The notes beneath the pieces are model-generated. The model searched no databases and was not told where the DNA came from. It saw nothing but the letters and a program-made list of their open reading frames with translations. Shown here piece by piece: positions 28,750 to 38,979 of a stretch of DNA of 45,947 nt; the stretch's first letter is position 1; every line of letters starts with the position of its first letter. This DNA comes from an uncultured Bacilli bacterium (GTDB lineage: Bacteria > Bacillota_I > Bacilli_A > RF39 > UBA660). The stretch is taken from assembly GCA_944331865.1 (NCBI GenBank), contig CALVIZ010000004.1:1-45947 (forward strand), read 5' to 3'. A program made the position numbers and the translations under genes.

Positions 28750-30385
28750 AATTTCCTCCTATAAATTCTCTTAATATTGAATCATCTGTTACATATTCCC
28801 CAGGTATCGGGAAAAATATCTTTAAAAAATCTATTAATCTCCTTGCTTCCTCATAATATATAGAGTCTACTCCAACTGATAATAATAACGGCTCGACATA
28901 TACTTTTAATACACCAACTTCATAAGCAAGTGCTGTATTTATTATAACATTTGCTTGGTGAATATATGGAAATATATACTTTTCTTCCCCCCTTCTTACT
29001 CTTTGCCAATTATCAATTGTGTTAAGAACATCGTATCCTCTAGTTCGATTATCTCTAACTATTCTTCTTAATAATCTTAAATCTAGTGTCGATACATAAT
29101 TGTGTTCATCTATATTTAAAGGAATAAAAGGACTTAAATAAATTCGATATTTGCTTCTTTTATCAACATCTTTTGTTAATTCATCATTTAAAGCATGTAA
29201 ACCTTCTATTAAAAAGATACTATTTTCTTTTAACTTTATTTTATTTTCACTATATTCTCTTTTTCCTGTTAAAAAATTATATATTGGTAAAGTTATCTCT
29301 TCACCATTTAATAACTTGTTTAAATCTTCATTAAATAATTTAACATCTATAGCTTCTAAACATTCATAATCATTGTTTCCATCTTCATCTTTAGGATTTA
29401 CATCTCTATTTACAAAATAATCATCTAAACTAATTTTTATTGCATCATATCCTAATGCTTCAAGATAAGAAGCTATTCTTTTTGTTGTTGTCGTTTTACC
29501 ACTAGATGATGGACCAGCGATTAAAATAAATTTTATGTCTCTGTTACTAACTATTTCATCTACCACTTTAGCTATATCTAAGCTAAACATTAATTCATTG
29601 GACCTTATAAAATCTTTTATCTTTCCACTGGCAATAGTTTTATTTAAATCACTAATATATGGCATGTGTAAATTATCTAGCCAACTTTGACCTTTAAAAA
29701 ATGCTTCTATAATATTATCATAGTGAACATATTCTGGAACTACTCCATTGCTTTTTATACTTGGAAACATAAATACTATGCGATTATTTCCTAAATATAT
29801 AAGTTCATATTTATCTATACTTCCTGTATTATATGGCATTATTGAATAAAAATAATTAAATTTATTATGCAAACGATAAAATGTTACAAATTTATCACTT
29901 ATACTTTGAATATTATATGCTTTTTCTAATTCATTAAATCTTAAATAATATTTTATTGCTTCTTTAGGATCTACATTAAATTTATCTATTTTATCATTGG
30001 CATCTACTATTTGGGCCATCCTAGCTTTTATCTTAGATAAATCTTCTTGGGTTAATATTTTATTCCCTTGTACTACTGCTAACATTCCCCTGGGAACGCT
30101 ATGCTCATAACAAACTTCTAAATCTGGAAAAGTTTCAGTTAATGCTATTTCAAATAAAAATTTAAGCCCTGCTTTATATATTTTATTGCCAATTATATCA
30201 TTGGTATTTATAAATTCTATTATTTCATCTTGATATGCTTTCGTGGTTAAAGGAAATACTTCGTTTCCTATCTTATAACCCATTATATTAGGCATATCAT
30301 AATCTTTGCTAATATCATAATAAAGTGTCCCTTTATCATATTCATGCACTGATTTATCTTGAAAAGTAATTTTTACTTTTTCCAT
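28742..30385 (-). CDS. Nucleoside (uridine) kinase family protein with a ThrRS-like N-terminal region
   Basis: P-loop AGPSSSGKTT, SLDDYF, IEGLHALN and RRIVRD. Confidence 0.88.
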   Translation of the reverse strand: MEKVKITFQDKSVHEYDKGTLYYDISKDYDMPNIMGYKIGNEVFPLTTKAYQDEIIEFINTNDIIGNKIYKAGLKFLFEIALTETFPDLEVCYEHSVPRGMLAVVQGNKILTQEDLSKIKARMAQIVDANDKIDKFNVDPKEAIKYYLRFNELEKAYNIQSISDKFVTFYRLHNKFNYFYSIMPYNTGSIDKYELIYLGNNRIVFMFPSIKSNGVVPEYVHYDNIIEAFFKGQSWLDNLHMPYISDLNKTIASGKIKDFIRSNELMFSLDIAKVVDEIVSNRDIKFILIAGPSSSGKTTTTKRIASYLEALGYDAIKISLDDYFVNRDVNPKDEDGNNDYECLEAIDVKLFNEDLNKLLNGEEITLPIYNFLTGKREYSENKIKLKENSIFLIEGLHALNDELTKDVDKRSKYRIYLSPFIPLNIDEHNYVSTLDLRLLRRIVRDNRTRGYDVLNTIDNWQRVRRGEEKYIFPYIHQANVIINTALAYEVGVLKVYVEPLLLSVGVDSIYYEEARRLIDFLKIFFPIPGEYVTDDSILREFIGGNYD

Positions 30386-30469
30386 ACAATCCCTCTATTC
30401 TTTAAAATTATAACATAAATATTTGTTTTTTTGAATAAAAAATATATTATTTTACTATTATTATTCTAG

Positions 30470-31057
30470 GTGATCTATTTGAATATTATTCCAACTGTAA
30501 TTGAAAAAACTAGTAATAAAGAATATGCTTATGATTTGTATTCTAGACTGCTAAAAGATAGAATAGTTTTTTTAACTGGTGAAATTAATGATAATTTAGC
30601 AAATATTGTTATTAGTGAACTTTTATATCTCGATAATTTAAGTAATGAAGATATTTATTTATATATTAATAGTCCCGGTGGCTCTATTACTGCAGGACTA
30701 AGCATTTATGATACTATGAATTTTATTAATAGTAATGTTTGTACCATAGGTATTGGTATGTGCGCTTCTATGGCAGCATTTTTGCTTTCTAGCGGGAGTA
30801 TTAGATATGCCTTACCTAATACTGAAGTTATGATTCATCAACCTTTAGGGGGTGCTCAAGGCCAGGCTACAGATTTAAAAATTGCTGCCGAAAGAATTAT
30901 TAAACTAAAAGAAAAGTTAAATAAAATTTTGGCTAAAAATACAAAACAAACTATAAAAAAAATTTATGAAGATACAGAAAGAGATAATTTTTTGTCTGCT
31001 GAAGAAGCCCTTAATTATGGTTTAATCGATAAAATAATAAAAAAGAATGCTTTTTAA
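30470..31057 (+). CDS. clpP: ATP-dependent Clp protease proteolytic subunit
   Basis: [22 protein letters not shown] (Ser) and MIHQP (His). The start may be TTG 30479. Confidence 0.95.
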   Translation: MIYLNIIPTVIEKTSNKEYAYDLYSRLLKDRIVFLTGEINDNLANIVISELLYLDNLSNEDIYLYINSPGGSITAGLSIYDTMNFINSNVCTIGIGMCASMAAFLLSSGSIRYALPNTEVMIHQPLGGAQGQATDLKIAAERIIKLKEKLNKILAKNTKQTIKKIYEDTERDNFLSAEEALNYGLIDKIIKKNAF

Positions 31058-31338
31058 TACATTCTTATTATTATATCCCCATCTTCACTATACATAAATT
31101 TTTCTTTTGCATATCTTGCTACATATTCACTATCTTGTAATTTTGTAACATCACTTTTAAGTTTTTCTTCTTCACTTAATAGTGTGTTATATTCATCAGT
31201 TAATGCTTTTATTTGGCTATTATTGTCTAGTATTTCTTGCCAATCTTTAAATACACTACTTACTAATGTTATTAATAATCCAATTATACAAAATGTTATT
31301 AAAACTAATCTCTTTTTTTCTTTTTTAGTTTTTTTCAT
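31054..31338 (-). CDS. divIC: Septum formation initiator DivIC/FtsB
   Basis: TM helix, coiled coil and [11 protein letters not shown]. It follows yabPQ as in Bacillus. Confidence 0.88.
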   Translation of the reverse strand: MKKTKKEKKRLVLITFCIIGLLITLVSSVFKDWQEILDNNSQIKALTDEYNTLLSEEEKLKSDVTKLQDSEYVARYAKEKFMYSEDGDIIIRMY

Positions 31339-31396
31339 CTTGACACCCTTTTCTCTAAATTATTATATCAAAAAAAGTAAAATTGCAACTAATATT

Positions 31397-31705
31397 TTAC
31401 TTTTTTAATAATTTTTTTACATATATTTTACATTTGTCTTTTATTTTATAATAATATACATTACTTATACTAAACCCTATTATTAAGGTAATTAAAAAAT
31501 AAAGATGAAAATAACCATGATTTATTTTATATATTATATAAATGTATAATATTACTATATCTATTATAAATATTGTTGTAATTATTAATCTTATTATTTT
31601 ACTTTTATTATTTAATATATAATAGTTAAATTTACTTAATAAATAAAAGAATATACCATATATAAATGATATTAAAAATGATATTATTTGAATATAACTG
31701 GTCAT
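31397..31705 (-). CDS. yabQ: Spore cortex protein YabQ (short form)
   Basis: Hydrophobic, with Q..SF...GI and NHG motifs. It lies between yabP and divIC. Confidence 0.75.
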   Translation of the reverse strand: MTSYIQIISFLISFIYGIFFYLLSKFNYYILNNKSKIIRLIITTIFIIDIVILYIYIIYKINHGYFHLYFLITLIIGFSISNVYYYKIKDKCKIYVKKLLKK

Positions 31706-31980
31706 TTAAATAGTTTTGTTATTACACTTTCTTCTTTTTTAGTTGTTTTACCATCAATATATGTAAAAGAATTTATTTTTCCTTTTATTTTAACATTTCC
31801 ATCATTTGTATCTAATTTTAATAATTCTAAACCCTCTCCAAGTAAGCGAATATTTCCTACTGTTGTTTCCATTAAAAATTCTTCATCATCAAAACTTACT
31901 ATTTTATTTACTCCAGTAAGACTTATACTTGCTCGATCGATCATTTTTATTTCTTGAGTGCCAAAATTTATGCCTTCCAT
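31702..31980 (-). CDS. yabP: Sporulation protein YabP
   Basis: LTGVNKIVSFDDEEFLMET..G, GKINSFTY and KLFK end. Confidence 0.93.
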   Translation of the reverse strand: MEGINFGTQEIKMIDRASISLTGVNKIVSFDDEEFLMETTVGNIRLLGEGLELLKLDTNDGNVKIKGKINSFTYIDGKTTKKEESVITKLFK

Positions 31981-31994
31981 ATTATCACCATTAA

Positions 31995-32002
31995 ATTATA
32001 TG
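31995..32002 (-). promoter_or_regulatory. sigma-E/K-type -10 element of yabP
   Basis: CATATAAT just upstream of the GGTGA RBS. Confidence 0.55.
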
Positions 32003-32037
32003 AAAAAAAAATAAAGTTTTTCCTATTTCAAAAAACT

Positions 32038-32463
32038 TTATTTTGAAGAGATTCTTATTCTTTGATAAGATAAATCATTATTTTCTTCTTCAGTAAAATC
32101 TTCTTCAGGTTTTTGTTGATTAATTAGGGCATTTTTTAATATATCTTCAACTGTCATATCTTCTCGATAATCTAATACAATATCTGATTCTTCTAAAAAT
32201 TCAATTTTGCTTGTTTGGGGAAAATAAATTATTCCACTAGCTTTTAATGCACTGTATTTTGCCATAAATATATCAGAACTATGGATTCCTAAATAACTCT
32301 TTATTGAATTATTTAGTAATATATCATTTATATCAAGTTTTAATCCAACATAATATTCTTGTCTTTTTACTTCATCACCATTAATTGTTGTTTGCTTTGC
32401 CCCAATTAATTGTTGTTTTTTAGATCTATCAATATCATAAATAAAATCTATTTTACTAACCAC
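32038..32463 (-). CDS. Hypothetical protein
   Basis: GTG start with AGGAGAGG RBS. TTGACA-18-TAAAAT promoter, and TGTCGAA on the minus strand at 32546-32552. Confidence 0.7.
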   Translation of the reverse strand: MVSKIDFIYDIDRSKKQQLIGAKQTTINGDEVKRQEYYVGLKLDINDILLNNSIKSYLGIHSSDIFMAKYSALKASGIIYFPQTSKIEFLEESDIVLDYREDMTVEDILKNALINQQKPEEDFTEEENNDLSYQRIRISSK

Positions 32464-32558
32464 GATATCCTCTCCTTTTTTTGGGTTGTGAACAAAATTT
32501 TAGCACATATATTTATTATATGTCAAGCAATTAGGAAAAGAACCGTTCGACAAAATAT

Positions 32559-33239
32559 TTATTTGTAAACCACTAATTGAATATTTTTGCTTAATTCAGT
32601 TGCTTCTTTAAATGTAAAATCTTCATAAAATTTATAGTTAAAGTTATTACTTTTTAATATCTTTTCTAAGGTTTTTATTTTATATATTAAAAATTCATGA
32701 GTATCATAATAGGATTTGCCATCTATTATGTATTTTATTTTAGTCGTTTCTTTGTATGTATCTTCATTAAATACCCATTCCATTATTCTTTGGTTATTTT
32801 CATGAATTGTTTCCTTTTTACCGCTTTTTCTTCCATTGTGTAAGTCTATTATTAAAATACCGTTTTCTTTTAAATGATTATAACAATTAAGTAATCCTTT
32901 TTCAAATTCTTCATAACTCTTTAAATGATTAAATACTGCGAAGAGAGAAAGTATTACATCATATTTTTGATTAATTTTAAAATCTAATAAATTTTTATTA
33001 TATAATTTACCTCTTACTCTTGTTTTGGCAACATTAAGCATTTCTTTGTTTAAATCTATTCCATTTACTGAATAACCCTTTTCTTCTAGTAAATGCATGT
33101 GGATTCCAGTGCCACAACCTACATCTAATACTTTTTTTCTATCACCAATTATTTTCGTTATAAAATCTATTTCTTCATCATATTTTTTTGTTTGATAAAA
33201 TAAATCATAATATTTTGCCATATTTTGATATTCATACAT
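32559..33239 (-). CDS. Class I SAM-dependent methyltransferase
   Basis: VLDVGCGTG, GIDLN and LKENGILIID. Confidence 0.92.
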   Translation of the reverse strand: MYEYQNMAKYYDLFYQTKKYDEEIDFITKIIGDRKKVLDVGCGTGIHMHLLEEKGYSVNGIDLNKEMLNVAKTRVRGKLYNKNLLDFKINQKYDVILSLFAVFNHLKSYEEFEKGLLNCYNHLKENGILIIDLHNGRKSGKKETIHENNQRIMEWVFNEDTYKETTKIKYIIDGKSYYDTHEFLIYKIKTLEKILKSNNFNYKFYEDFTFKEATELSKNIQLVVYK

Positions 33240-33253
33240 GTTATCATCTCTCT

Positions 33254-34813
33254 TTATACTTTTAAATACATTTTTTCGCTTTTAAATATTTTTTCATCCA
33301 TTAATCTTAAATCTTCTGCTACATTTGGACGAAAATCCATTTGATTAAATATGTCTTTAATTATATCTACCCCTGGAGCAATTTCTATTAAAGTTATTCC
33401 CTTTTCATCAAGTTTAAAGACTGCTCTTTCTGTAACATATAATATTTCTTGTTTATTTAATCTTGCTTGTTTTGCCGAAAAAGTAATTTGTTCTACTTTT
33501 TTAACAAATTTATGTTCTGTTCCTTCATTTTCTATAATTAATTTTGCATCCTTTATTTCTTCTTTTAATCCTTTGGCTGTAAATGTTCCTATAAATATTA
33601 CTTTTTTAGTTGATTGGGTTATGTTGATAAATCCACCGGGGCCCGTAACTCTAGTGCCAAATTTTGATACATTGACATTTCCTTCTTCGTCAACTTCAGC
33701 AAGACCTAAAATTGCCATGTCTAAAGATCCGCCGTTATAGGCATCAAATTGTTCAGGAGTTGAAACTACTGAATCTGGGTTTATTGAACCACCAAAAGCG
33801 ACTCCACCGATAGGTACTCCACCAGTTGGTCCCGTTTCTACTGAAAGATATATGTCGTTGGCAAAGCCTTCTTCTGCAGCAATGTTGGCAACTGTATCTG
33901 GCATTCCTACTCCAAGATTTATTACATTTCCTTTTTTTATTTCTAAGGCTGCTCTTCGACCACAAATTTTGCGATTATTAAGTTCATTAATTTTTACTTC
34001 TTCCAACGGAATTTTTATATCTCCAACTATTTCTGGACGATATATTGGCATATTATAATCACCTAAAGTTAAATCAGGTTTTGATACTAAAACATAATCT
34101 ACATATGAAGAATGAATTATGGCATTTCTGGCTTTTAAACTGCCTTTTGGTACTATTTTTTCTACTTGAGCTATTACTATTCCTTTTGAATTGTGAGCTG
34201 CTATTGCCATGTTGTATTGTTCACCAATTAATGCTTCGTGTTCTAATGATAAATTTCCATCTTCGTCTGCATATGTTGCTTTGATTATGGCAACATCTAT
34301 TTTAAATGTCTTATAAAATAATTGTTCTTGATTTTCTATTTTTATTAAAGATACTATATCTGGTAGTTCTTTAGCTTTTTCGTTTGCTCTACAACCATTA
34401 ATTCTCGGATCTGCAAAAGTATTTAAACCAATGTGGGTTATTATACCAAGTTCACCCCCGGCTATTGCCCGATATAAATGATTTATTACTCCCAAAGGAA
34501 GAGCAAAAGCTGGAAATTCATTGTTTCCTATAGCATTACCAAATACCTTCCCCATTCCTAAATGAGCACATATCGCTTTTCCTACTAACCCTGGTTTAGC
34601 AAGCATGTTCATTCCTACTTCATCTTCAGTTAAATTCCCTGGGGATATGCCACATGTTACCCCAATATTTTTGGGATGATTATTTTTTATATATGAATCT
34701 CTAATTGCTCTAAGTATTGCTTCACAAGAGCCACTTCCCCCAGAGCCTGAAATTGCTACCATATCATTATCTTTTATTAATTTACCTACTTCATCAGATT
34801 CTATTACTATCAT
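33254..34813 (-). CDS. Acyl-CoA:acetate/propionate CoA-transferase (fused alpha/beta, Pct/YdiF-like)
   Basis: GLNTFADPR, ADEDGN, NLGVGMP, SVETG (catalytic Glu), GNVNVS, GPGGFINI and YVTERAVF. Confidence 0.92.
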   Translation of the reverse strand: MIVIESDEVGKLIKDNDMVAISGSGGSGSCEAILRAIRDSYIKNNHPKNIGVTCGISPGNLTEDEVGMNMLAKPGLVGKAICAHLGMGKVFGNAIGNNEFPAFALPLGVINHLYRAIAGGELGIITHIGLNTFADPRINGCRANEKAKELPDIVSLIKIENQEQLFYKTFKIDVAIIKATYADEDGNLSLEHEALIGEQYNMAIAAHNSKGIVIAQVEKIVPKGSLKARNAIIHSSYVDYVLVSKPDLTLGDYNMPIYRPEIVGDIKIPLEEVKINELNNRKICGRRAALEIKKGNVINLGVGMPDTVANIAAEEGFANDIYLSVETGPTGGVPIGGVAFGGSINPDSVVSTPEQFDAYNGGSLDMAILGLAEVDEEGNVNVSKFGTRVTGPGGFINITQSTKKVIFIGTFTAKGLKEEIKDAKLIIENEGTEHKFVKKVEQITFSAKQARLNKQEILYVTERAVFKLDEKGITLIEIAPGVDIIKDIFNQMDFRPNVAEDLRLMDEKIFKSEKMYLKV

Positions 34814-34876
34814 GATTCACCTTCTATTTTTATTATAACAAAAAATAGCCAAAATAAAAACCTAAGTTAATAGGTT

Positions 34877-36109
34877 TTATTTTGCTTTTTTCTTTAATAT
34901 AGTTGCATCCATCAATGCTTTTGTTACTCCACTTAAGACTATTGTTATTATTACTGTTGGAATAAATATTAACCAGAAAGAATAAATTGTTTCAGCGCTG
35001 TTTTGACCAAGTAGTCTTAATACTAATATCGCTACTGGATAGTGTAACATATAAATGTATAAAGATATGCTTCCTAAATACTTAAATAAAGAATTTGTAA
35101 CTTTGTTATTTAATACTTTTGTTAAACCATCAGTATTTAGTAAGGTTAATCCAATAACTATTATACATAATAATGATACTGTCCATCTTTCTAGATTAAA
35201 CCATGTTGCTGGATAAATTGTATACCATAGCAGAAGTATTGATGCTATAACATTAAGAATAGTTAAAGTTACTTTTCCTGTATTACTAAATTTGTGATTC
35301 TTTATTTTTTCAATTAAATAGTATAATAATACTCCACCAAGCATTCCTAATAATACAAATAATAATCCATTGTTAAATCCTATAACAGCCGTTTGGCTTG
35401 TTGCTGAGCCTCCCATACCATTTGTTGATGTTGTTTGTAATCCAAATGTTGACCAGGCAGTTTGTGCTGCTCTAGTATCAGTAAAACTCCACCAACCACT
35501 TAAAAATATGAATAAAAATGGTGCTACAAATCCTGATGTTACATCTTCATTTTTACATAATGCCCAATATAGGAAATAGCCCACTATTATTATTGCTGAA
35601 ATAAACCATAGTGTACCGTTTAAATTAAAAAATTCATTTCCTAAACTTCTTAAGCCTACAGAATGGAAACCTAAGAATTCCCAAACACTATTTATTAGCA
35701 TTGTGCATACTTGTTGGAAATTATAGTCTGGATAGAAAAATTTAGTTGATATTATTACCCCTAAGATATATCCTAGTATCAATACTGGCATTAATCCCTT
35801 TATTCTAGACCAAGTATATTCCCATGCTCTAGATCCTGCACTACGAGTTGCATATTCTTTTTCTTGCATTCTTCTTTTAAAATGCGAAACCATAAAATAT
35901 CCAGCTGTTAGTGTAAATACTAATAATACTTCACTAGATCCAAAAAACCAGTTTGTTGTTTCCATATAATATCCTAATGATCCATCACATGATCTGGCTA
36001 TAATCCATCCCGTATGAAAACCTATTATTGCTAGTGCTATTAAAAAACGCCATAATTCAATAGCAACATTCCTAGTCTTTTCTTTTGGTACTTCTTTCTT
36101 CTTTACCAA
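34877..36109 (-). CDS. Acyltransferase-3 family membrane O-acyltransferase
   Basis: R...IELWRF...H, F..AGYF, LWFIS and LGSISLYIYMLH, with about 10 TM helices. Confidence 0.82.
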   Translation of the reverse strand: MVKKKEVPKEKTRNVAIELWRFLIALAIIGFHTGWIIARSCDGSLGYYMETTNWFFGSSEVLLVFTLTAGYFMVSHFKRRMQEKEYATRSAGSRAWEYTWSRIKGLMPVLILGYILGVIISTKFFYPDYNFQQVCTMLINSVWEFLGFHSVGLRSLGNEFFNLNGTLWFISAIIIVGYFLYWALCKNEDVTSGFVAPFLFIFLSGWWSFTDTRAAQTAWSTFGLQTTSTNGMGGSATSQTAVIGFNNGLLFVLLGMLGGVLLYYLIEKIKNHKFSNTGKVTLTILNVIASILLLWYTIYPATWFNLERWTVSLLCIIVIGLTLLNTDGLTKVLNNKVTNSLFKYLGSISLYIYMLHYPVAILVLRLLGQNSAETIYSFWLIFIPTVIITIVLSGVTKALMDATILKKKAK

Positions 36110-36188
36110 AATTTACACTCCTTTCTTCATAAGTATTTCCCTATGATAATTAAATTATACTTAAATAAAAGCAAAAAATCAATTTAAA

Positions 36189-36467
36189 TTATTGATTTTT
36201 TGCTTCTTCTTTAATCTTACGATTGTATTCATCCATTATTGCAGTTTCTAATTTTTCACGCATTTCTTTGTTTGTAGGAAATACTACATTTTCTTCTTTT
36301 CCTTCTTTGTTTAATTTACCAGGCATTGCTACAAATAGTCTTGAGTTTCCTTCGATTATTTTAGCACCTCTAATTGCTAGACAATCATCTAGAGTAAAAT
36401 CTACAAATGCTTTTAATTTAGATCCTTCTTTTTCTCTTGGATAAACTTCTAATCTTGTAATTTCCAT
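36189..36467 (-). CDS. spoVG: SpoVG
   Basis: MEIT, LKAF...LDD, KIIEG..LFVAMP and P....RE. Confidence 0.93.
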   Translation of the reverse strand: MEITRLEVYPREKEGSKLKAFVDFTLDDCLAIRGAKIIEGNSRLFVAMPGKLNKEGKEENVVFPTNKEMREKLETAIMDEYNRKIKEEAKNQ

Positions 36468-36530
36468 ATTACCTCTCCCTTACTATGTTTACTATATTTT
36501 ATCCTATTTTTTTGTTTTTTGCAATATATT

Positions 36531-36743
36531 TTATAAATATTTTATTTTAACTTCTCCAGTTATTACATCTCGATAGGTAAAACTTTTTTCTTCATTGCCA
36601 ATTAATACCGTAAAAATATTGGGATAAACTTTATATAAGACTCCTTCATATCGATTTACTCTATTTCTAAGACCATACACTGATATACTTACTTTACTAT
36701 TTAATTTTCTAGTTATTTCATCTTTAATAAAATTTATATTCAT
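36531..36743 (-). CDS. veg: Veg family protein
   Basis: EGVLYKVYPNIFTV and SFTYRDVITG. Downstream of yabG. Confidence 0.88.
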   Translation of the reverse strand: MNINFIKDEITRKLNSKVSISVYGLRNRVNRYEGVLYKVYPNIFTVLIGNEEKSFTYRDVITGEVKIKYL

Positions 36744-37516
36744 CTCGGATACCCCACATACATTAATCCATTACACATTATGCCACCCATTCCTTCTTCT
36801 TTATACTTGGTTTTTTCTAATAATTTTTTTAAATCTATTTCTTTGTTTCTCTCTGTTAATGATATTGTACTTGCTATTATCGCTGGATCTAAAGCATGAA
36901 TATTTACTCTTTTAGGGCTCGATGCAAAATTTGCTCCGGCTTTTATTAGTTCTTCATAATTGCTTTGGCATGCTCCTGCTATTATAACTAGTTTTTCATG
37001 ACTTTTTTCATATCTTCGACATGCTTTTACTGCTTTAATAAAATAAGCCGAATTTTTATAGTTGTTTATGTCATTTATGTCACCTTTTTTACTAAAGTAA
37101 GCATCGTGCCCTGTTATAATTACAATATCTGGTTTATATTCTTTTAATAATAAAGGTATTTGTTCATAAACATTTTTTTCATTTATTTTTTTGCCTATTG
37201 CAAGTATCCCATTTTTTTTATAAAATTTTAAACATCTGTTTAAATAATCTTCATCACCATCTATATGTAAAACTTTAGCTGGCAAATAAAAATAATCACC
37301 ACGCATTAATAATTCATCCTTAATATCTACTTCATCTATTGTTTCATCTTCTTTTATGTCTTCTTCAATTTTTAAATCAGTAATTTTGGCATCTGCATAT
37401 AATCTAACTTCTACTCCTTTTAAATATACTATGTCATTTTCAATATTAATAACTTTAAACACTGTATCATTTCCGTAACTATTTCTTGTTACATAATCAC
37501 CTTTTTTAATTTGCAT
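36740..37516 (-). CDS. yabG: Sporulation peptidase YabG
   Basis: VLHIDGD, ITGHDA, AGACQS and GANFASSPKRVNIHALDP. Confidence 0.96.
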   Translation of the reverse strand: MQIKKGDYVTRNSYGNDTVFKVINIENDIVYLKGVEVRLYADAKITDLKIEEDIKEDETIDEVDIKDELLMRGDYFYLPAKVLHIDGDEDYLNRCLKFYKKNGILAIGKKINEKNVYEQIPLLLKEYKPDIVIITGHDAYFSKKGDINDINNYKNSAYFIKAVKACRRYEKSHEKLVIIAGACQSNYEELIKAGANFASSPKRVNIHALDPAIIASTISLTERNKEIDLKKLLEKTKYKEEGMGGIMCNGLMYVGYPR

Positions 37517-37532
37517 GTAATATCACCATTAC

Positions 37533-37540
37533 ATTATATG
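37533..37540 (-). promoter_or_regulatory. sigma-K/E-type -10 element of yabG
   Basis: CATATAAT just upstream of the GGTGA RBS. Confidence 0.55.
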
Positions 37541-37568
37541 AAAAAGACTAGGATTTTTTCCTAGTTCT
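37541..37568 (-). terminator. Terminator after rsmA
   Basis: ACTAGGA-loop-TCCTAGT followed by CTTTTT. Confidence 0.75.
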
Positions 37569-37570
37569 AT

Positions 37571-38347
37571 TTAATCAATTAATTTTTTATACATTTCTCT
37601 TAATATGGTTTCACTAATTTCTTCAGCTCTTACATTTTCATTAAATTTGTATTTTTCTATAATAGGTTTTATTTTTTCAAACTTTTCTTTATCTATATTA
37701 TTTTTTAATGTCTTTCTCTTTTGTTTAAATATTTGTTTTAAAAATTCTTGATACTCATCTATCTTTATATCTTCTTTTTGTTCTTTTGAGTTAAATTCTA
37801 ATACTGTACTTTCTACTTTTGGAATTGGATTAAATGAATTTTTTGAAACATTACATATTCTTTTAATATTAAAATAATATTGTAATAAAACTGTAATATA
37901 ACCATATTCTTTTGTTTTAGGTAATGCTAAAAATCTATCTGCTACTTCTTTTTGAACCATTATTACTAACTTTTCTATTTTTAAATTACTTTTAATAATG
38001 TGTTCAATTATAGGAGTCGTTATGTAATATGGTAAATTACCAACAATATATAATTTGTTATATTGAATGTTGCTTATGTCTACATTTATATTACTTGTTA
38101 AGAAATCTTGATATATTATCTTTGTTTTATCATCTTCAAGATTACTTAAATATTCTTTTAAATCTGTGTCTACTTCATAAGCAATTATATTGCTTAATTT
38201 TTCTTTTAATCTTTTTGTCAATGCTCCCATACCCGGACCAATTTCTATTATTAAATCAAATTCATCACTATTTATGGTTCCAACTATTTTTTCAATAATG
38301 TTATTATCAATTAAAAAATTTTGACCAAATTTTTTCTTTGCTTTCAT
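37571..38347 (-). CDS. rsmA: 16S rRNA dimethyladenosine transferase
   Basis: KKFGQNFL, EIGPG, GNLPYYITTP and MVQKEVA. Confidence 0.97.
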   Translation of the reverse strand: MKAKKKFGQNFLIDNNIIEKIVGTINSDEFDLIIEIGPGMGALTKRLKEKLSNIIAYEVDTDLKEYLSNLEDDKTKIIYQDFLTSNINVDISNIQYNKLYIVGNLPYYITTPIIEHIIKSNLKIEKLVIMVQKEVADRFLALPKTKEYGYITVLLQYYFNIKRICNVSKNSFNPIPKVESTVLEFNSKEQKEDIKIDEYQEFLKQIFKQKRKTLKNNIDKEKFEKIKPIIEKYKFNENVRAEEISETILREMYKKLID

Positions 38348-38363
38348 AAAAAACTAGGTGAGA

Positions 38364-38909
38364 TTATTCCCACCCACTCCTTAATACATCATATGTTATT
38401 GTGCTTCTACCAATATATTTATACGCATATTCTTCAGTTGGTACTAAAAAGTCAATAGAAGTTCCTGTAACGCCACGATCTAATACTATTGCTAAATTCT
38501 TGCCATCACTTATTCTATTACTATAAAAGCTTATAATTGAACCACATGGTAAATTTTTACTAGATGCTACAATATATACTTCACCATATTCTGCATCATT
38601 ATAAGTATTTGTTCCATCAGTTATATCATATTTTGGCATACAAGCTAGTGTCCCATTACAAAGTGGGCAATCATGAGCATAACCAGTTAAATCACCCGTG
38701 TATGTATCTATAGCTGTAAACTTTAAGGCTTCTTCTACTTCAACAACTTTTAATGCCATTGTTGATAAATTAATTGTTTTATTAATGCTATTGTTTTCTA
38801 CTTTGGTAATAGCTATATTTGTACTGCTTTTAGCTACCACTAAAATCATTAATAACAAGCTTATTTTTATAAAATTTATTATTATTTTCATATTATTAAT
38901 CCACCTCAT
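38364..38909 (-). CDS. Secreted 3D-domain-like (double-psi barrel) protein in the yabE position
   Basis: Signal-like N-terminus, LTGY, IVAS...LPCGS and IVLDRG....IDF. The start may be a downstream Met. Confidence 0.6.
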   Translation of the reverse strand: MRWINNMKIIINFIKISLLLMILVVAKSSTNIAITKVENNSINKTINLSTMALKVVEVEEALKFTAIDTYTGDLTGYAHDCPLCNGTLACMPKYDITDGTNTYNDAEYGEVYIVASSKNLPCGSIISFYSNRISDGKNLAIVLDRGVTGTSIDFLVPTEEYAYKYIGRSTITYDVLRSGWE

Positions 38910-38979
38910 TGGCTAAATTAATTATAGCATTTCCGTATTTTTTTGTCAAAAAGAAAAGAGCATTTTCCAAAAATAGGAA

